The notes: a model not told the origin generated them from the letters alone. Positions 44,835 to 55,034 are shown, counted from the stretch's first letter. The stretch is DNA of 64,000 nt from Patescibacteria group bacterium (GCA_041651155.1 JBAZJU010000004.1:39427-103426), one strand, 5' to 3'. Made by a program: numbers and translations.

Positions 44835-45638
44835 ATGAAAATAGGAATTTTTGACTCCGGGCTCGGAGGTCTTATTATTTTAAATGAAATTATAAAAAAA
44901 CTGCCTCAATATGATTATATTTATTTGGGCGATAATGCGAGGACTCCCTATGGCAACCGCTCCCAAGATGTAATTTATAAATTCACTGAACAGGCAGTTG
45001 ATTTTTTATTTAAGCAGGATTGTGAGCTAATTATTATTGCCTGCAATACTGCTTCGGCTAAGGCCTTGAGAAAAATCCAGCAGCAATGGTTACCCTTAAA
45101 TTATCTTGACCGTCGAGTTTTGGGCGTGATTCGGCCAGTAGTTGAAACGGCTGTCGCATTTGCCAAAAATAAAATAGGAGTAATTGGCACTAAGGCTACT
45201 GTAAATTCTCAAGCTTATATTCGGGAAATTGAAAAATCAAATCCACAATTGGAGGTAATCCAGCAAGCTTGTCCATTACTCGTGCCTTTGATTGAAGAAG
45301 GCTGGGAAAAAAGGCCAGAGACAAAAAAGATTTTGCGCTCATATTTAAAACCATTGAAATTTTCCCAGGTTGATACTTTAATTTTGGGCTGCACTCATTA
45401 TCCGATTTTGTTTAAGGAAATCCAGGGAATAATGGGAAAGAAAACAAAAGTTTTAAATTCTGGACAGATTGTGGCAGATTCTTTGGCAGATTATTTAAGT
45501 AGACATCCGGAAATTGAAAATAAATTGGAAAAAAATTCTCAATATAAATTTCTTGTCACTGATTTTGCAGAACATTATCAGGAATTGGGGGAAAAATGGT
45601 TTGGTAAGGGGATTGAGTTTGAAAAGGTGGAATTGTGA
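44835..45638 (+). CDS. murI: Glutamate racemase
   Basis: IGIFDSGLGGL N-terminal motif and CNTAS/GCTHYP catalytic Cys motifs. Confidence 0.85.
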   Translation: MKIGIFDSGLGGLIILNEIIKKLPQYDYIYLGDNARTPYGNRSQDVIYKFTEQAVDFLFKQDCELIIIACNTASAKALRKIQQQWLPLNYLDRRVLGVIRPVVETAVAFAKNKIGVIGTKATVNSQAYIREIEKSNPQLEVIQQACPLLVPLIEEGWEKRPETKKILRSYLKPLKFSQVDTLILGCTHYPILFKEIQGIMGKKTKVLNSGQIVADSLADYLSRHPEIENKLEKNSQYKFLVTDFAEHYQELGEKWFGKGIEFEKVEL

Positions 45639-45648
45639 GTAGGGTCAA

Positions 45649-45686
45649 AAAGAGGTTCGACCTCCAATTTGGAGGTCGAACCTCTT
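45649..45686. repeat. Conserved palindromic hairpin repeat (copy 2): aagaggttcgAcctccaatttggaggtcgaacctctt
   Basis: Differs by compensatory G/A and C/T changes from copy 1 at 33404-33441. Confidence 0.55.
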
Positions 45687-45694
45687 AGCTCACA

Positions 45695-45903
45695 CCTACA
45701 GTGGATTTTTCGCCCGCTTTGGCAAGGCCATGTCCGCGTAAGTAAAAGGGAAACACGGGAAAAAGATTTATTCGGAATCCGATTCCGAACTCAGATTTTA
45801 AAATAGGGAACTTCAGAATGTACTTAGGAATCGGATTCCTTACTCATTCCAGAAATGTTCCTTGATGATCTAGTTACCTCACGGGGACAAAGTCTCCTGT
45901 AGG
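45695..45903 (+). ncRNA. Candidate structured non-coding RNA (unclassified) in the murI-rseP intergenic region
   Basis: A ~210-nt ORF-free segment. Its ends pair (cctacag with ctgtagg). Internal inverted repeat ggaatccgattcc/ggaatcggattcc. Strand is unknown. Confidence 0.25.
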
Positions 45904-45985
45904 AACAATCCAATTGCCTATTTGATATTTATTTTCATTTACGCTAAAATTAAAGCATAAGTCTTAATTATTTTTAAAAAAATAC

Positions 45986-47095
45986 ATGATTGTCACTGTA
46001 TTGATTTTTATAATTATTCTGGGGGTATTGGTTTTTGTCCATGAATTCGGGCATTTTATTTCAGCCAGAAAATTAGGCATGAAAGTGGAAGAATTTGGCT
46101 TTGGTTTCCCGCCAAAGATTTGGAGTAAAAAGGGCAAGGACGGAGTTGTTTATTCAATTAATGCCATACCTTTGGGCGGTTTTTGCAAGATAAAAGGCGA
46201 AGATGGTGAAAATAAGAACGAGCCAGACAGCTTTGGGGCTAAAAAGCCGTGGCGCCGGGCCATTGTTTTAACTGCAGGCGTAGCCATGAACTTTTTGCTT
46301 TGCGCTGTCTTGCTTTCAGTTGGTTTTATGGTTGGCTTGCCACAGGCAGTTGACCAACAGGCTTTGGATCAAGGCATTGTAAAAAATTATAAAATTCAGG
46401 TTGTTTCAGTTTTAGATAATATGCCGGCCAAAGAAGCAGGGATTGAAGTCGGAGATGTTATCCAATCAGTAGATGGCTCAAAGATAATCAGCGTAAAAAA
46501 CTTAATTGATTATACTTCTGGCAAGATTGGCCAACAAGTTACTTATGACATTATGCGTGGCAAGGAAGCATTGGCTAAAGAAATAAGCGTGGTTGATATT
46601 GGCCAGGGCAAGGGTGGGATTGGCATTGGCTTAGTAGAAACAGGCATTGTCACTTATCCTTTTTTTAGCGCAATTGGCCATGGATTTGTTTTAACAGGAA
46701 TTTTAACAGAGCAATTTGTCTTAGCTTTTTATAATATAATTAAAAATTTAGTGATCGGTAAGCCGGTTGGAGTACAGGTTTCAGGTCCGGTAGGTATTGC
46801 AGTTTTAACTGGCCAAGTCGCCAAATTGGGCTTTATTTATTTACTGCAGTTTACCGCGCTTTTGTCTTTGAATTTAGCGATAATAAATTTTGTTCCTTTC
46901 CCTGCTCTTGATGGCGGCAGACTTTTATTTTTAGCAATTGAAAAAATCAGAAGAAAACCCATTAGCCAAAAAATTGAAAGCGCTATTCACACCATTGGAT
47001 TTGCGTTACTAATGCTTTTGATCGTTGTTATAACTTTTCAGGATGTGATGCGCTATGTGAACTTTGGTAAAATTTTTAGCGGGTTTTTTCAATAA
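45986..47095 (+). CDS. rseP: RseP-like site-2 protease (M50) with PDZ domain
   Basis: HEFGHF zinc motif in the first TM, a PDZ segment, LDGG motif near the C-terminal TM. Confidence 0.85.
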   Translation: MIVTVLIFIIILGVLVFVHEFGHFISARKLGMKVEEFGFGFPPKIWSKKGKDGVVYSINAIPLGGFCKIKGEDGENKNEPDSFGAKKPWRRAIVLTAGVAMNFLLCAVLLSVGFMVGLPQAVDQQALDQGIVKNYKIQVVSVLDNMPAKEAGIEVGDVIQSVDGSKIISVKNLIDYTSGKIGQQVTYDIMRGKEALAKEISVVDIGQGKGGIGIGLVETGIVTYPFFSAIGHGFVLTGILTEQFVLAFYNIIKNLVIGKPVGVQVSGPVGIAVLTGQVAKLGFIYLLQFTALLSLNLAIINFVPFPALDGGRLLFLAIEKIRRKPISQKIESAIHTIGFALLMLLIVVITFQDVMRYVNFGKIFSGFFQ

Positions 47096-47131
47096 TGTAA
47101 ATATTTATTTAAAAAATAAAATCGTTTTATT

Positions 47132-47539
47132 ATGGAAAGAGCAAAGATTATTAAACCTACTACTGAACAAGCTGAGGCAATAAAAAAATGGAAAGAATCA
47201 AAAAAAGGTCATTTTGAAAGTATGGTTGATAAGATGCATAAATTAGATCCTGAGAATGATGAACTTTTTGTAGCTGTAAACAATTTAAAAACACCTGAAG
47301 AAATCAGGCAATTTATCGGTGATTACCTAAATTTAAAATATCCTGTAATAGAAAAAGGGACAATGTGGTTTGGAAGCACTGCGGAAGAAGCAAAGAAACA
47401 AAAAGAAAATTTAAACAGGGAATTTAGGAGAAATTTATATAGAAATCTGGTTGCGTTTATTAATAGTCACTATCTTGACAACCAACCTGAACTGCAAAAT
47501 CTTTGGAAAAAAATATCTCAAGAATTCGAAAGGAAATAA
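47132..47539 (+). CDS. Hypothetical protein
   Basis: 135-aa charged soluble ORF; no family recognised. Confidence 0.35.
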   Translation: MERAKIIKPTTEQAEAIKKWKESKKGHFESMVDKMHKLDPENDELFVAVNNLKTPEEIRQFIGDYLNLKYPVIEKGTMWFGSTAEEAKKQKENLNREFRRNLYRNLVAFINSHYLDNQPELQNLWKKISQEFERK

Positions 47540-47545
47540 ATATTT

Positions 47546-48571
47546 ATGGAGTTAAATCTTAAAAAACTTAAAGGGCAGGCTTTGAAAGAAATTGAGGGAG
47601 TTAGAAATTCAAAAGAGTGGCAAGAAATTGAGAATAAATATTTTTCCAGAAAAAGCGGGGAACTGGCCAAACTTTTGAAAGATTTAAAAGATGTGTCTGA
47701 GGATATGCGTCCTAAACTTGGAGCTTTAGCAAATGAAGTTAAAGTTGAAATTAATAATGCTTTGCAGAAAAAGCAGGCTGATTTAGGTATGGAATCAGAT
47801 TCAGATTTGGACAGGGATTTTATTGATGTGACTTTGGAAATTGAAAAATATAAATTGGGACATTTGCATCCCTTAACGCAGGTTCAAATGGAATTAGAGG
47901 ATATTTTTAAATCAATGGGTTTTATGATTTTGGACGGGCCGGAATTAGAATCTGATTATTATAATTTTGAAGCTTTAAATATTCCGACTTGGCATCCGGC
48001 ACGTGATTCCCAGGATACTTTTTATATTGAATCAAAAGATAAATTAGTTTTGCGCACGCAAACTTCTCCCGTGCAAATTAGGGCTATGCAAAAATATGGT
48101 GCACCTTTACGTTGCATAGTCCCAGGTCGGGTTTTCCGTAATGAAGCGACTGATGTCTCTCATGATCACACTTTTTATCAGCTGGAAGGTTTAATGATTG
48201 ATAAGGATATTGCTATCACTCATTTGGTGGCCGTGATGAAGGAAATGTTATCTGCGATTTTCAAAAAAGAAGTAAAAGTAAGATTACGGCCCGGTTATTT
48301 TCCTTTTGTGGAGCCGGGATTTGAATTGGATTTTGGCTGTTTGATTTGCCAGGGTAAGGGCTGCCCCATCTGCAAACAGAGCGGTTGGATTGAATTCGTC
48401 GGTTCTGGTTTGGTCCATCCCAATGTATTAAAAGCCGGAGGCATTGATCCAAAAAAATGGACTGGGTTTGCGTTTGGTTTGGGTTTGACTCGTTTAGTTA
48501 TGATGAAATACAAGATTGATGATATACGGTTATTACAAAGTGGAGATTTGAGGTTTTTAAATCAGTTTTAA
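47546..48571 (+). CDS. pheS: Phenylalanine--tRNA ligase alpha subunit
   Basis: Class II aaRS motifs (FRNEATD, GLGLTRLVM); 341 aa. Confidence 0.9.
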   Translation: MELNLKKLKGQALKEIEGVRNSKEWQEIENKYFSRKSGELAKLLKDLKDVSEDMRPKLGALANEVKVEINNALQKKQADLGMESDSDLDRDFIDVTLEIEKYKLGHLHPLTQVQMELEDIFKSMGFMILDGPELESDYYNFEALNIPTWHPARDSQDTFYIESKDKLVLRTQTSPVQIRAMQKYGAPLRCIVPGRVFRNEATDVSHDHTFYQLEGLMIDKDIAITHLVAVMKEMLSAIFKKEVKVRLRPGYFPFVEPGFELDFGCLICQGKGCPICKQSGWIEFVGSGLVHPNVLKAGGIDPKKWTGFAFGLGLTRLVMMKYKIDDIRLLQSGDLRFLNQF

Positions 48572-48671
48572 ATAGGATACTAATATACTAATTTAATACA
48601 AATAATACTAATATTTCATCCATTTACAATTAGTATTATTAGTAAACATTCGTTAAATTAGTAACATAAAT

Positions 48672-48950
48672 ATGGATTTGACCATAATAATCGGTTCTTT
48701 AGGCGCTTTGTTGATTCTGATCGCTTTTATCATGAATCAATTGCATAAATGGCAAGAAGATTATTTAATTTATGATTTGGTTAATGCGATTGGCAGTTTG
48801 CTTTTGGTGACTTATGCCATTATTCTGGCAAGTTATCCGTTTTTAATCTTAAATCTGGTTTGGCTAGCACTTTCTTTAAGGGATGTAGTTGTGGACTTAA
48901 AAAAGTCAGGCACAAGAAAAAAACATTTAATTTCTAAGTGGGTTAAATAA
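48672..48950 (+). CDS. Small membrane protein (hypothetical)
   Basis: 92 aa with two or three TM helices; inserted between pheS and pheT. Confidence 0.3.
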   Translation: MDLTIIIGSLGALLILIAFIMNQLHKWQEDYLIYDLVNAIGSLLLVTYAIILASYPFLILNLVWLALSLRDVVVDLKKSGTRKKHLISKWVK

Positions 48951-48954
48951 AAAT

Positions 48955-49593
48955 ATGAAAACAATATCTGAATTAAATTCAAAAGGGTGGTATAGGCTAA
49001 TAAAGGTTATTTTTATTTTAGTTTTTATAATTGTTTTAATTGGCTATAATATTTTTGTTTTTTATAATGGAGTTAGGCATGTAGATCAGAAACAAACAAT
49101 AATACAATGTAATTTAGGGGCTAAAACAAATTTTACAGCTCAAAGTATCGGGCTAGATCTGAGCGTAGATGATTTTACAAATGGACAATTTGACTATGAG
49201 GAGTTTTTTAAGGGATATAACTCTTACAAGGCTGAAGATATTGTGAGTGCCTGTTATCCCAAAAGGGAGGCTAATATTTATGATTCGCAAAAGCTGGGAG
49301 AATTATTAAATAAATATGGATTCATTGGTAATGAAAATTCATTATCCCAAGAGCAAAAAGATATACTTCTACCTGAATATAATGAGTATAAACAACAAAC
49401 GAGTAAAATATTCGGGACTGATAAAGCAAAATATTTAGATTTTAGTTTTAAGATGTTTGATATAATGCCAATTTTTACATTCAATTACTTTTTAATGTAT
49501 TTCTTTATAGGTAATGTAATAATAACACTTATTTTTGAAGGCTTAAGGCGGGCTTTTTATTATGTGGTTCTGGGCACAATAAAACCTCAATAA
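48955..49593 (+). CDS. Hypothetical membrane protein
   Basis: 212 aa with N- and C-terminal TM segments. Confidence 0.35.
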   Translation: MKTISELNSKGWYRLIKVIFILVFIIVLIGYNIFVFYNGVRHVDQKQTIIQCNLGAKTNFTAQSIGLDLSVDDFTNGQFDYEEFFKGYNSYKAEDIVSACYPKREANIYDSQKLGELLNKYGFIGNENSLSQEQKDILLPEYNEYKQQTSKIFGTDKAKYLDFSFKMFDIMPIFTFNYFLMYFFIGNVIITLIFEGLRRAFYYVVLGTIKPQ

Positions 49594-49614
49594 TAAAATT
49601 TTAATTATAAATAT

Positions 49615-49815
49615 ATGGGAATAAAATTCGGTGAAGTAGATTCAAGCCAAATAATAGAAAATGAATTTAGAATTAACGTTTTAGAGAGAGTTATTGAATT
49701 TATGGCAAATAATCAAGGGGTTCTACCTTCGATCGTGCAATTGAATGAAATAAGAAAAGAAGTGGCACGTTTGTTAAAAACCAAGTATCCTAATTCTATC
49801 AAATTACCCGAATAA
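49615..49815 (+). CDS. Hypothetical small protein
   Basis: 66-aa ORF; weak support. Confidence 0.2.
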   Translation: MGIKFGEVDSSQIIENEFRINVLERVIEFMANNQGVLPSIVQLNEIRKEVARLLKTKYPNSIKLPE

Positions 49816-49822
49816 TAAATTT

Positions 49823-50161
49823 ATGCCTATAGATTTTAATAATCCAGACGACGTAAAAAAGTTTATGGAGGAAAAAGCCGATAAAGATGATATTAATAAA
49901 TTAGCGGTTGATCTTGAACAAAGATTTGATAAAAAAACGAGGGATCTAATTTATGCTGTTGGAATTGTTTTATTAGTAATGACAATATCAATTTTATGTT
50001 CTTTGTGGATTGATTATAAAAATTCTACTAGACCTGAATGGGAATTAGTCAATAAGTTGACCGAAATTAAAACCGAACAAAATCTATTAAGATCAGATTT
50101 TGAAAATTTAAATAAAAAAGTAAAGGATTTAGAAAATTATTATATAATACCATCAAAATAA
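49823..50161 (+). CDS. Hypothetical small protein with central TM helix
   Basis: 112-aa ORF. Confidence 0.3.
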   Translation: MPIDFNNPDDVKKFMEEKADKDDINKLAVDLEQRFDKKTRDLIYAVGIVLLVMTISILCSLWIDYKNSTRPEWELVNKLTEIKTEQNLLRSDFENLNKKVKDLENYYIIPSK

Positions 50162-50162
50162 T

Positions 50163-52571
50163 ATGTACATCTCCCGCAATTGGTTAAAAGATTTTGTTAA
50201 AATACCGGACTCATTGAGCGCGAAAGATTTAGGTTTGAAATTGACCATGGCCATGGCTGAAGTAGAAAGTTTTACTGACCAAAAGGAAAGTCTTAAAGGT
50301 GTTGTGGTTGGTGAGATTTTGGAAGTAAAAAAGCATCCTAATGCTGATAAATTACAATTAACAGTGGTTGATATCGGTTCAAAGAAATTAAACATTGTCT
50401 GCGGGGCGCCAAATATTGCCAAAGGACAAAAAATTCCAGTCGCAACTCTGGGTACTGTTTTGCCAAATGGTATGAAAATAGAAAAAGTAAAAGTGCGCGG
50501 TGAGGAATCAGAAGGCATGCTTTGTGCTGAAGATGAGTTAGGTTTGGGTAAAGATCATTCAGGAATTTTGATCCTTGATAAAAAAGCCAAAATTGGAGAG
50601 CCATTAACAAAGGTTTTAGGCTTAGATGATGTTATTTATGAAATAGATAATAAATCATTAAGCCACAGACCAGATTTGTGGTCGCAATATGGCGTGGCTA
50701 GGGAAGTGGGAGCAATACTTGGTGAAAAATTGAAAGAGTACAAGGTCACCCTTCGACAGGCTCAGGGTGACAAACGATTAGATATTAAAGTTGAGGACTA
50801 TAAATTATGCCCGAGGTATATGGGAGTTGTTTTGGAAGGGATTGAAATCGCTGAATCGCCGGAATGGTTGAAAAAAAGAGTGAGCGCCATTGGTATGAGG
50901 CCGATTAATAATATTGTTGATATAACAAATTATGTGATGATGGAAATCGGCCAGCCTTTGCATGCATTTGATTATGATAAATTAGAAGGGCATAAAATCA
51001 TTGTCAGAACTGCCAAAGCAGGTGAAAAAATTAAAACTCTAGATGATCAGGAGAGAAAATTGGATGAATATATGTTAGTCATTGCCGATGCCAAAAAACC
51101 AGTGGCGATTGCAGGGGTAATGGGCGGAGCCAATACTGAAATTGATAATAAGACTAAAAAGATAATTATTGAATCAGCTAATTTTGATCATGTTTTAATC
51201 AGAAAAACTGAAGCCAAATTAAATTTAAGGACAGAAGCTTCAATCAGGTTTGAAAAATCATTAGATCCTAATATCACTGAATTAGGCATAAAAAAAGCCA
51301 TTGAATTAATCTTGCAGATTTGCCCTAAAGCTAAGGTGGTTTCTAAAATTGAAGACGTAAAGAAATTCGGTCTGAATCAGGGGCCGATTAAAGTAAACTT
51401 TGAATTTTTAAATAAAAAAATTGGTCAGGCAATTGAACCTAAAAAAATCATTGATATTTTAGAAAGCTTGGGATTTGGGATTAAAAAACAAAAAGACGGG
51501 CTCTCAATTTTAGTGCCATCTTGGCGAGCGACCAAAGATATTTCTATTCCCGAAGATATTGTGGAAGAAGTGGCGAGAATTTTCGGTTATGATAATTTAC
51601 AGATCAATATGCCCATGGTTGCCATGGAACGGCCAGAAGTAAATAAAGAAAGGGAACTGGAAAGAAAAATTAAGAATATTATGGCTTGTGGCCTGGCCAT
51701 GACCGAAGTCTATAATTATTCATTTAACAGCGAAGAACAAATAAAAAATGCTGGTCTGGATCAGGCTGATCATATTAAAGTTGCAAATCCGCTGTCTTCC
51801 TTAGCCGGATATATGAGAACTTCTTTAGTGCCCAATCTTTTGGAAAATGTCGGTTTGAATGCCAGATTTTTTGAGGAAATAAAAATATTTGAAGTCGGGT
51901 CAATTTATTTGAAAGAAGAAAAAGGCGAGAAAATTTCCGATCAGGGCAGCAAGCGCCTGCCTTTGCAGGAAAAATATATTAGCGGCCTAATTTATGAAAA
52001 AGGCAATGACACGCCTTTTTATGCGGCTAAAAATATTGCTGAAATAATTTTAAAGCAATTAAGATTTGATTATAAGCTGGCCAAATCGCCAATGGCCATG
52101 CCCTGGGGAAATTCAAAAAGATCCCTTAGAATTTTAATCGCCAATAAAATCGTGGGCTTAATAACTGAATTAAATCCAAGCATTGGCGCTAATTTTTATA
52201 TAAAAAATAAAGTGGGAATTTTTTCTTTGAATTTGAGCGAACTCGTTAATTTTTATAATGAAGAAATGATTTATCAGCCTATACCTAAATTTCCTAGCAT
52301 TGATTTGGACATTTCCATGATTGTTTCAAAGAAAATTTTGTGGGCAGAGGTTAGGCAGGCAGTAATTGGCGTAGAAAAAGATTTAATTAAAGAAGTGAAG
52401 ATTTTTGATGTATTTGAAGGTAAGGGAATCCCTGAAGGCAATAAATCAATTGCTTTTAGGATTGTATATCGCTCTGATGACAAAACATTGACCATGGCAG
52501 AAGTGCAGATTATTCAGCAGAAAGTTCTAAAAATTCTGGCAGAAAAATTTAATGCCCAAATAAGGCAATAA
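50163..52571 (+). CDS. pheT: Phenylalanine--tRNA ligase beta subunit
   Basis: N-terminal tRNA-binding OB domain (KHPNADKL), B3/4 and B5 regions, C-terminal FDBD; 802 aa. Confidence 0.9.
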   Translation: MYISRNWLKDFVKIPDSLSAKDLGLKLTMAMAEVESFTDQKESLKGVVVGEILEVKKHPNADKLQLTVVDIGSKKLNIVCGAPNIAKGQKIPVATLGTVLPNGMKIEKVKVRGEESEGMLCAEDELGLGKDHSGILILDKKAKIGEPLTKVLGLDDVIYEIDNKSLSHRPDLWSQYGVAREVGAILGEKLKEYKVTLRQAQGDKRLDIKVEDYKLCPRYMGVVLEGIEIAESPEWLKKRVSAIGMRPINNIVDITNYVMMEIGQPLHAFDYDKLEGHKIIVRTAKAGEKIKTLDDQERKLDEYMLVIADAKKPVAIAGVMGGANTEIDNKTKKIIIESANFDHVLIRKTEAKLNLRTEASIRFEKSLDPNITELGIKKAIELILQICPKAKVVSKIEDVKKFGLNQGPIKVNFEFLNKKIGQAIEPKKIIDILESLGFGIKKQKDGLSILVPSWRATKDISIPEDIVEEVARIFGYDNLQINMPMVAMERPEVNKERELERKIKNIMACGLAMTEVYNYSFNSEEQIKNAGLDQADHIKVANPLSSLAGYMRTSLVPNLLENVGLNARFFEEIKIFEVGSIYLKEEKGEKISDQGSKRLPLQEKYISGLIYEKGNDTPFYAAKNIAEIILKQLRFDYKLAKSPMAMPWGNSKRSLRILIANKIVGLITELNPSIGANFYIKNKVGIFSLNLSELVNFYNEEMIYQPIPKFPSIDLDISMIVSKKILWAEVRQAVIGVEKDLIKEVKIFDVFEGKGIPEGNKSIAFRIVYRSDDKTLTMAEVQIIQQKVLKILAEKFNAQIRQ

Positions 52572-52622
52572 ATTTTGACTTTGAGTTTTATTTAAATTAT
52601 AATAGAAACATAATATTAAAAT

Positions 52623-53042
52623 ATGCCAGAAGATAAAATTTTACAAAAATTAGAGCAACATGACCAGAAATTTGACGCAATTTTAGGTAAATTGGATGAG
52701 CATGATGTAAAATTAGATAATCATGCAAGAAAATTAGAATCCATTGATACAAAGCTGGAAGATCATGCAATAAAATTAGGATCTATTGATGTTAAACTAG
52801 ATAATCATGCAAAAAAATTAATAGAACACGACGAATTGTTGAAGCCTCTTTGTGGAGACGTTAAAACGCTTAAAACTGACGTAAAGAATATTGCAAATAA
52901 TCAGGAGCAAATGATTACAATTTTAAAACGACTTGATGAAGATCGTGTTTTTACTCATGCGTGGGTAAAAAGGATTGAAAAAGAAGTTGAGGATCACAGC
53001 CAAGAAATTAAAGACATGAAGCTGAAATTAAATATTGCCTAA
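52623..53042 (+). CDS. Coiled-coil protein with seven tandem heptad KLDxHxx repeats
   Basis: KLDEHDV KLDNHAR KLESIDT KLEDHAI KLGSIDV KLDNHAK KLIEHDE. Confidence 0.4.
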   Translation: MPEDKILQKLEQHDQKFDAILGKLDEHDVKLDNHARKLESIDTKLEDHAIKLGSIDVKLDNHAKKLIEHDELLKPLCGDVKTLKTDVKNIANNQEQMITILKRLDEDRVFTHAWVKRIEKEVEDHSQEIKDMKLKLNIA

Positions 53043-53046
53043 TTAA

Positions 53047-53070
53047 TCCCGAGCCAATCGGGATTTTTAT
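53047..53070 (+). terminator. Intrinsic terminator (atcccga/tcgggat hairpin plus T5), followed by a GC-rich cctgcc/ggcagg hairpin at 53076-53118
   Basis: aatcccgagccaatcgggattttt. Confidence 0.5.
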
Positions 53071-53124
53071 CCTGCCTGCCGCCTGCCTGTCCGGTAGGCA
53101 GGGCAGGCAGGTCTAATAATTACC

Positions 53125-54519
53125 ATGAAAAATTTATTTAAAATATTTTTGCTGCTATTAGTGGCAAGTTTGTTTTTAAATTTAAGGTCAGCAAATGCTG
53201 TCACAAGTTTAAATAATGTTACTCTGAGCATTGAGCCAAAAAACGCTAGTAGTCTGGCAACCTGGAATATTAGTTTTACTTTACCCGCTACAACCCCAGT
53301 CGGTCATGTCCTAATTTCTTTCGGCGGTTATGCGCCAGATTTAAGCCAGGCTAGTTTGTCAGTCTCTGGTTTGTCCGGGGGCACAGCAATTGTGGGTAAA
53401 AGCAATCCCAGTTGCGTGTCAAATTGTGATGATGTGCGCTATTACTTTAAGGATCCAGTGCAAATCCAAGCTAATACAAGAGTGACATTTGCCTTGAGCA
53501 AGGTTAAAAATTCTGACCAAGCCGGGCAAACAGGCCTAAATTTTATTAATATTTTTAGTTCCAAATATCCAAATATGACCTTGGCTTTTTCAACCGGCGA
53601 ACAATTAATTAATCTTGAGCCGGCCTTAGCATTAAATGAAGAAAATTTAATTCCAGCTACGGCAACAGCAGAAAATACGAATCAAGAGCCGGAACAAATC
53701 CAGCAGGTTATAATCAATGAATTATTTTATAAAGCCGGAGCTAAGACTACAAAGCTGCGGGAAATTAAGGATCCGACCAAGGTTGAAGATTTCACTTTGG
53801 ATTTATTAGGCAAAATAAAAGTTACATTTAAAGGCCCAATAGATCTTTCTAAGCCTCAGGCCATTTCTTTTATTGAGAACTTCACAGCCTATATGACTTT
53901 TGATATTTTGTATTTCAAAGTTGATAAACAGTTAATGGATTATTTCAAAGTGCCCTTGGAACTTACTTATTATGATTTGCCTTTTGTCTGGGATCCGGAT
54001 GTTTTGAAAGATGATAATGAGGTAATAACCAAAGATAAATTGGAAAATTATAGCTCTTATATTATTGATAATAAGTCTCAGGTTGCCTTTACTATCAAGG
54101 AAGCCGGGTCTTATCGTTTAGTGCCGCATTTTGAACTTTATATAGCAGACAATCAGGAAATAAATAAAGCCAGCAATTTATCAACTTTTACCGGCAGAAT
54201 TTCTGATCCAAAAGCGATTATTAAAATTTCTTTAAACGGCAAAGAGCTGACAGATATTAAGCCGACTATTGATCAGCAAAGAGGGGAATTCACTTTTTCA
54301 GTTGCCTTATTGGAAGGGCCGAATTTAATTGAAGCCCAGGCGCAAAGCGAATACGGCAAAATTAACAAGATAACAAAGATTATCCAATATCTGCCGCCGA
54401 CACCAGGTAAGGTTGCGGCCAAAAGCAGTATAAGCCCGTTAAATATTGTGGCAATTGGCCTGGCTGTTTTAGCCATAATTTTAATTATTGTTTTGCGTTA
54501 TTTGGTAAAGAAAAAATAA
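53125..54519 (+). CDS. Secreted protein with C-terminal TM anchor (hypothetical surface protein)
   Basis: Signal peptide, Ser/Thr/Asn-rich beta-type sequence, C-terminal LNIVAIGLAVLAIILIIVL anchor plus KKK. Confidence 0.45.
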   Translation: MKNLFKIFLLLLVASLFLNLRSANAVTSLNNVTLSIEPKNASSLATWNISFTLPATTPVGHVLISFGGYAPDLSQASLSVSGLSGGTAIVGKSNPSCVSNCDDVRYYFKDPVQIQANTRVTFALSKVKNSDQAGQTGLNFINIFSSKYPNMTLAFSTGEQLINLEPALALNEENLIPATATAENTNQEPEQIQQVIINELFYKAGAKTTKLREIKDPTKVEDFTLDLLGKIKVTFKGPIDLSKPQAISFIENFTAYMTFDILYFKVDKQLMDYFKVPLELTYYDLPFVWDPDVLKDDNEVITKDKLENYSSYIIDNKSQVAFTIKEAGSYRLVPHFELYIADNQEINKASNLSTFTGRISDPKAIIKISLNGKELTDIKPTIDQQRGEFTFSVALLEGPNLIEAQAQSEYGKINKITKIIQYLPPTPGKVAAKSSISPLNIVAIGLAVLAIILIIVLRYLVKKK

Positions 54520-54540
54520 AATGCTATACTTAAACAAGTA

Positions 54541-54623
54541 GAAAGTTCTTAAAGTTTATAAAGTATAAAGATTAAACAACGCAACGAAAACTTTATAAAC
54601 TTTATACTTTTAACTTTATAACT
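54541..54623. repeat. Gene-less copy of the inverted-repeat pair that flanks the four-helix-bundle gene (MITE-like)
   Basis: gaaagttcttaaagtttataaagtataaag, a 19-nt spacer, then actttataaactttatacttttaactttataact. Compare 5893-5921 and 6274-6299. Confidence 0.5.
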
Positions 54624-54629
54624 GCATCT

Positions 54630-54923
54630 ATGATTTCAACCTCCAAAGACATTTTTTATCTCATTCTTTCTTTCAGTATTCTGTTGTTTACAGTTTTTCT
54701 GTGCTGGGCAATTTATTTTATGGCCATGATTTTGCGCGAGTTTAAAAAAATAATTGCTGATGTGAGAAAGAAAATTGAATTAGTTGAAGGTTTGATCGTG
54801 GCGCTAAAAGAAAAATTAGAGCATACTTCCAGCCATATGAAATTATTAGTTGAGACCGTTTCCAATTTGGCTGAATATTTTAGAGAAAGAAGGGGAGAAA
54901 AGAAAAGCAAGAAAAAGAAATAA
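54630..54923 (+). CDS. Small membrane protein (hypothetical)
   Basis: 97 aa with an N-terminal TM helix and a K-rich C-terminus. Confidence 0.3.
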   Translation: MISTSKDIFYLILSFSILLFTVFLCWAIYFMAMILREFKKIIADVRKKIELVEGLIVALKEKLEHTSSHMKLLVETVSNLAEYFRERRGEKKSKKKK

Positions 54924-55034
54924 TTATTTTACATATTTTTTTAAGCACTCCGCTACGCGGGGTGTTTTTTTGATGCTTGACTTTTTTAATTTTTTTGCCT
55001 AAAATAAAGGCAAATTTAAAGGAGGTGCCATGTA

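Noticed and set aside
45690-45985. Identification of the murI-rseP intergenic RNA as RNase P RNA, SRP RNA, tmRNA or 6S RNA
   Set aside because: None of the universally conserved motifs (GGAAAGUCCGGGCUCC, GGAAGGAAGCAGC, the tmRNA tag ORF, a CCA end) could be found by eye. It is kept only as an unclassified candidate.
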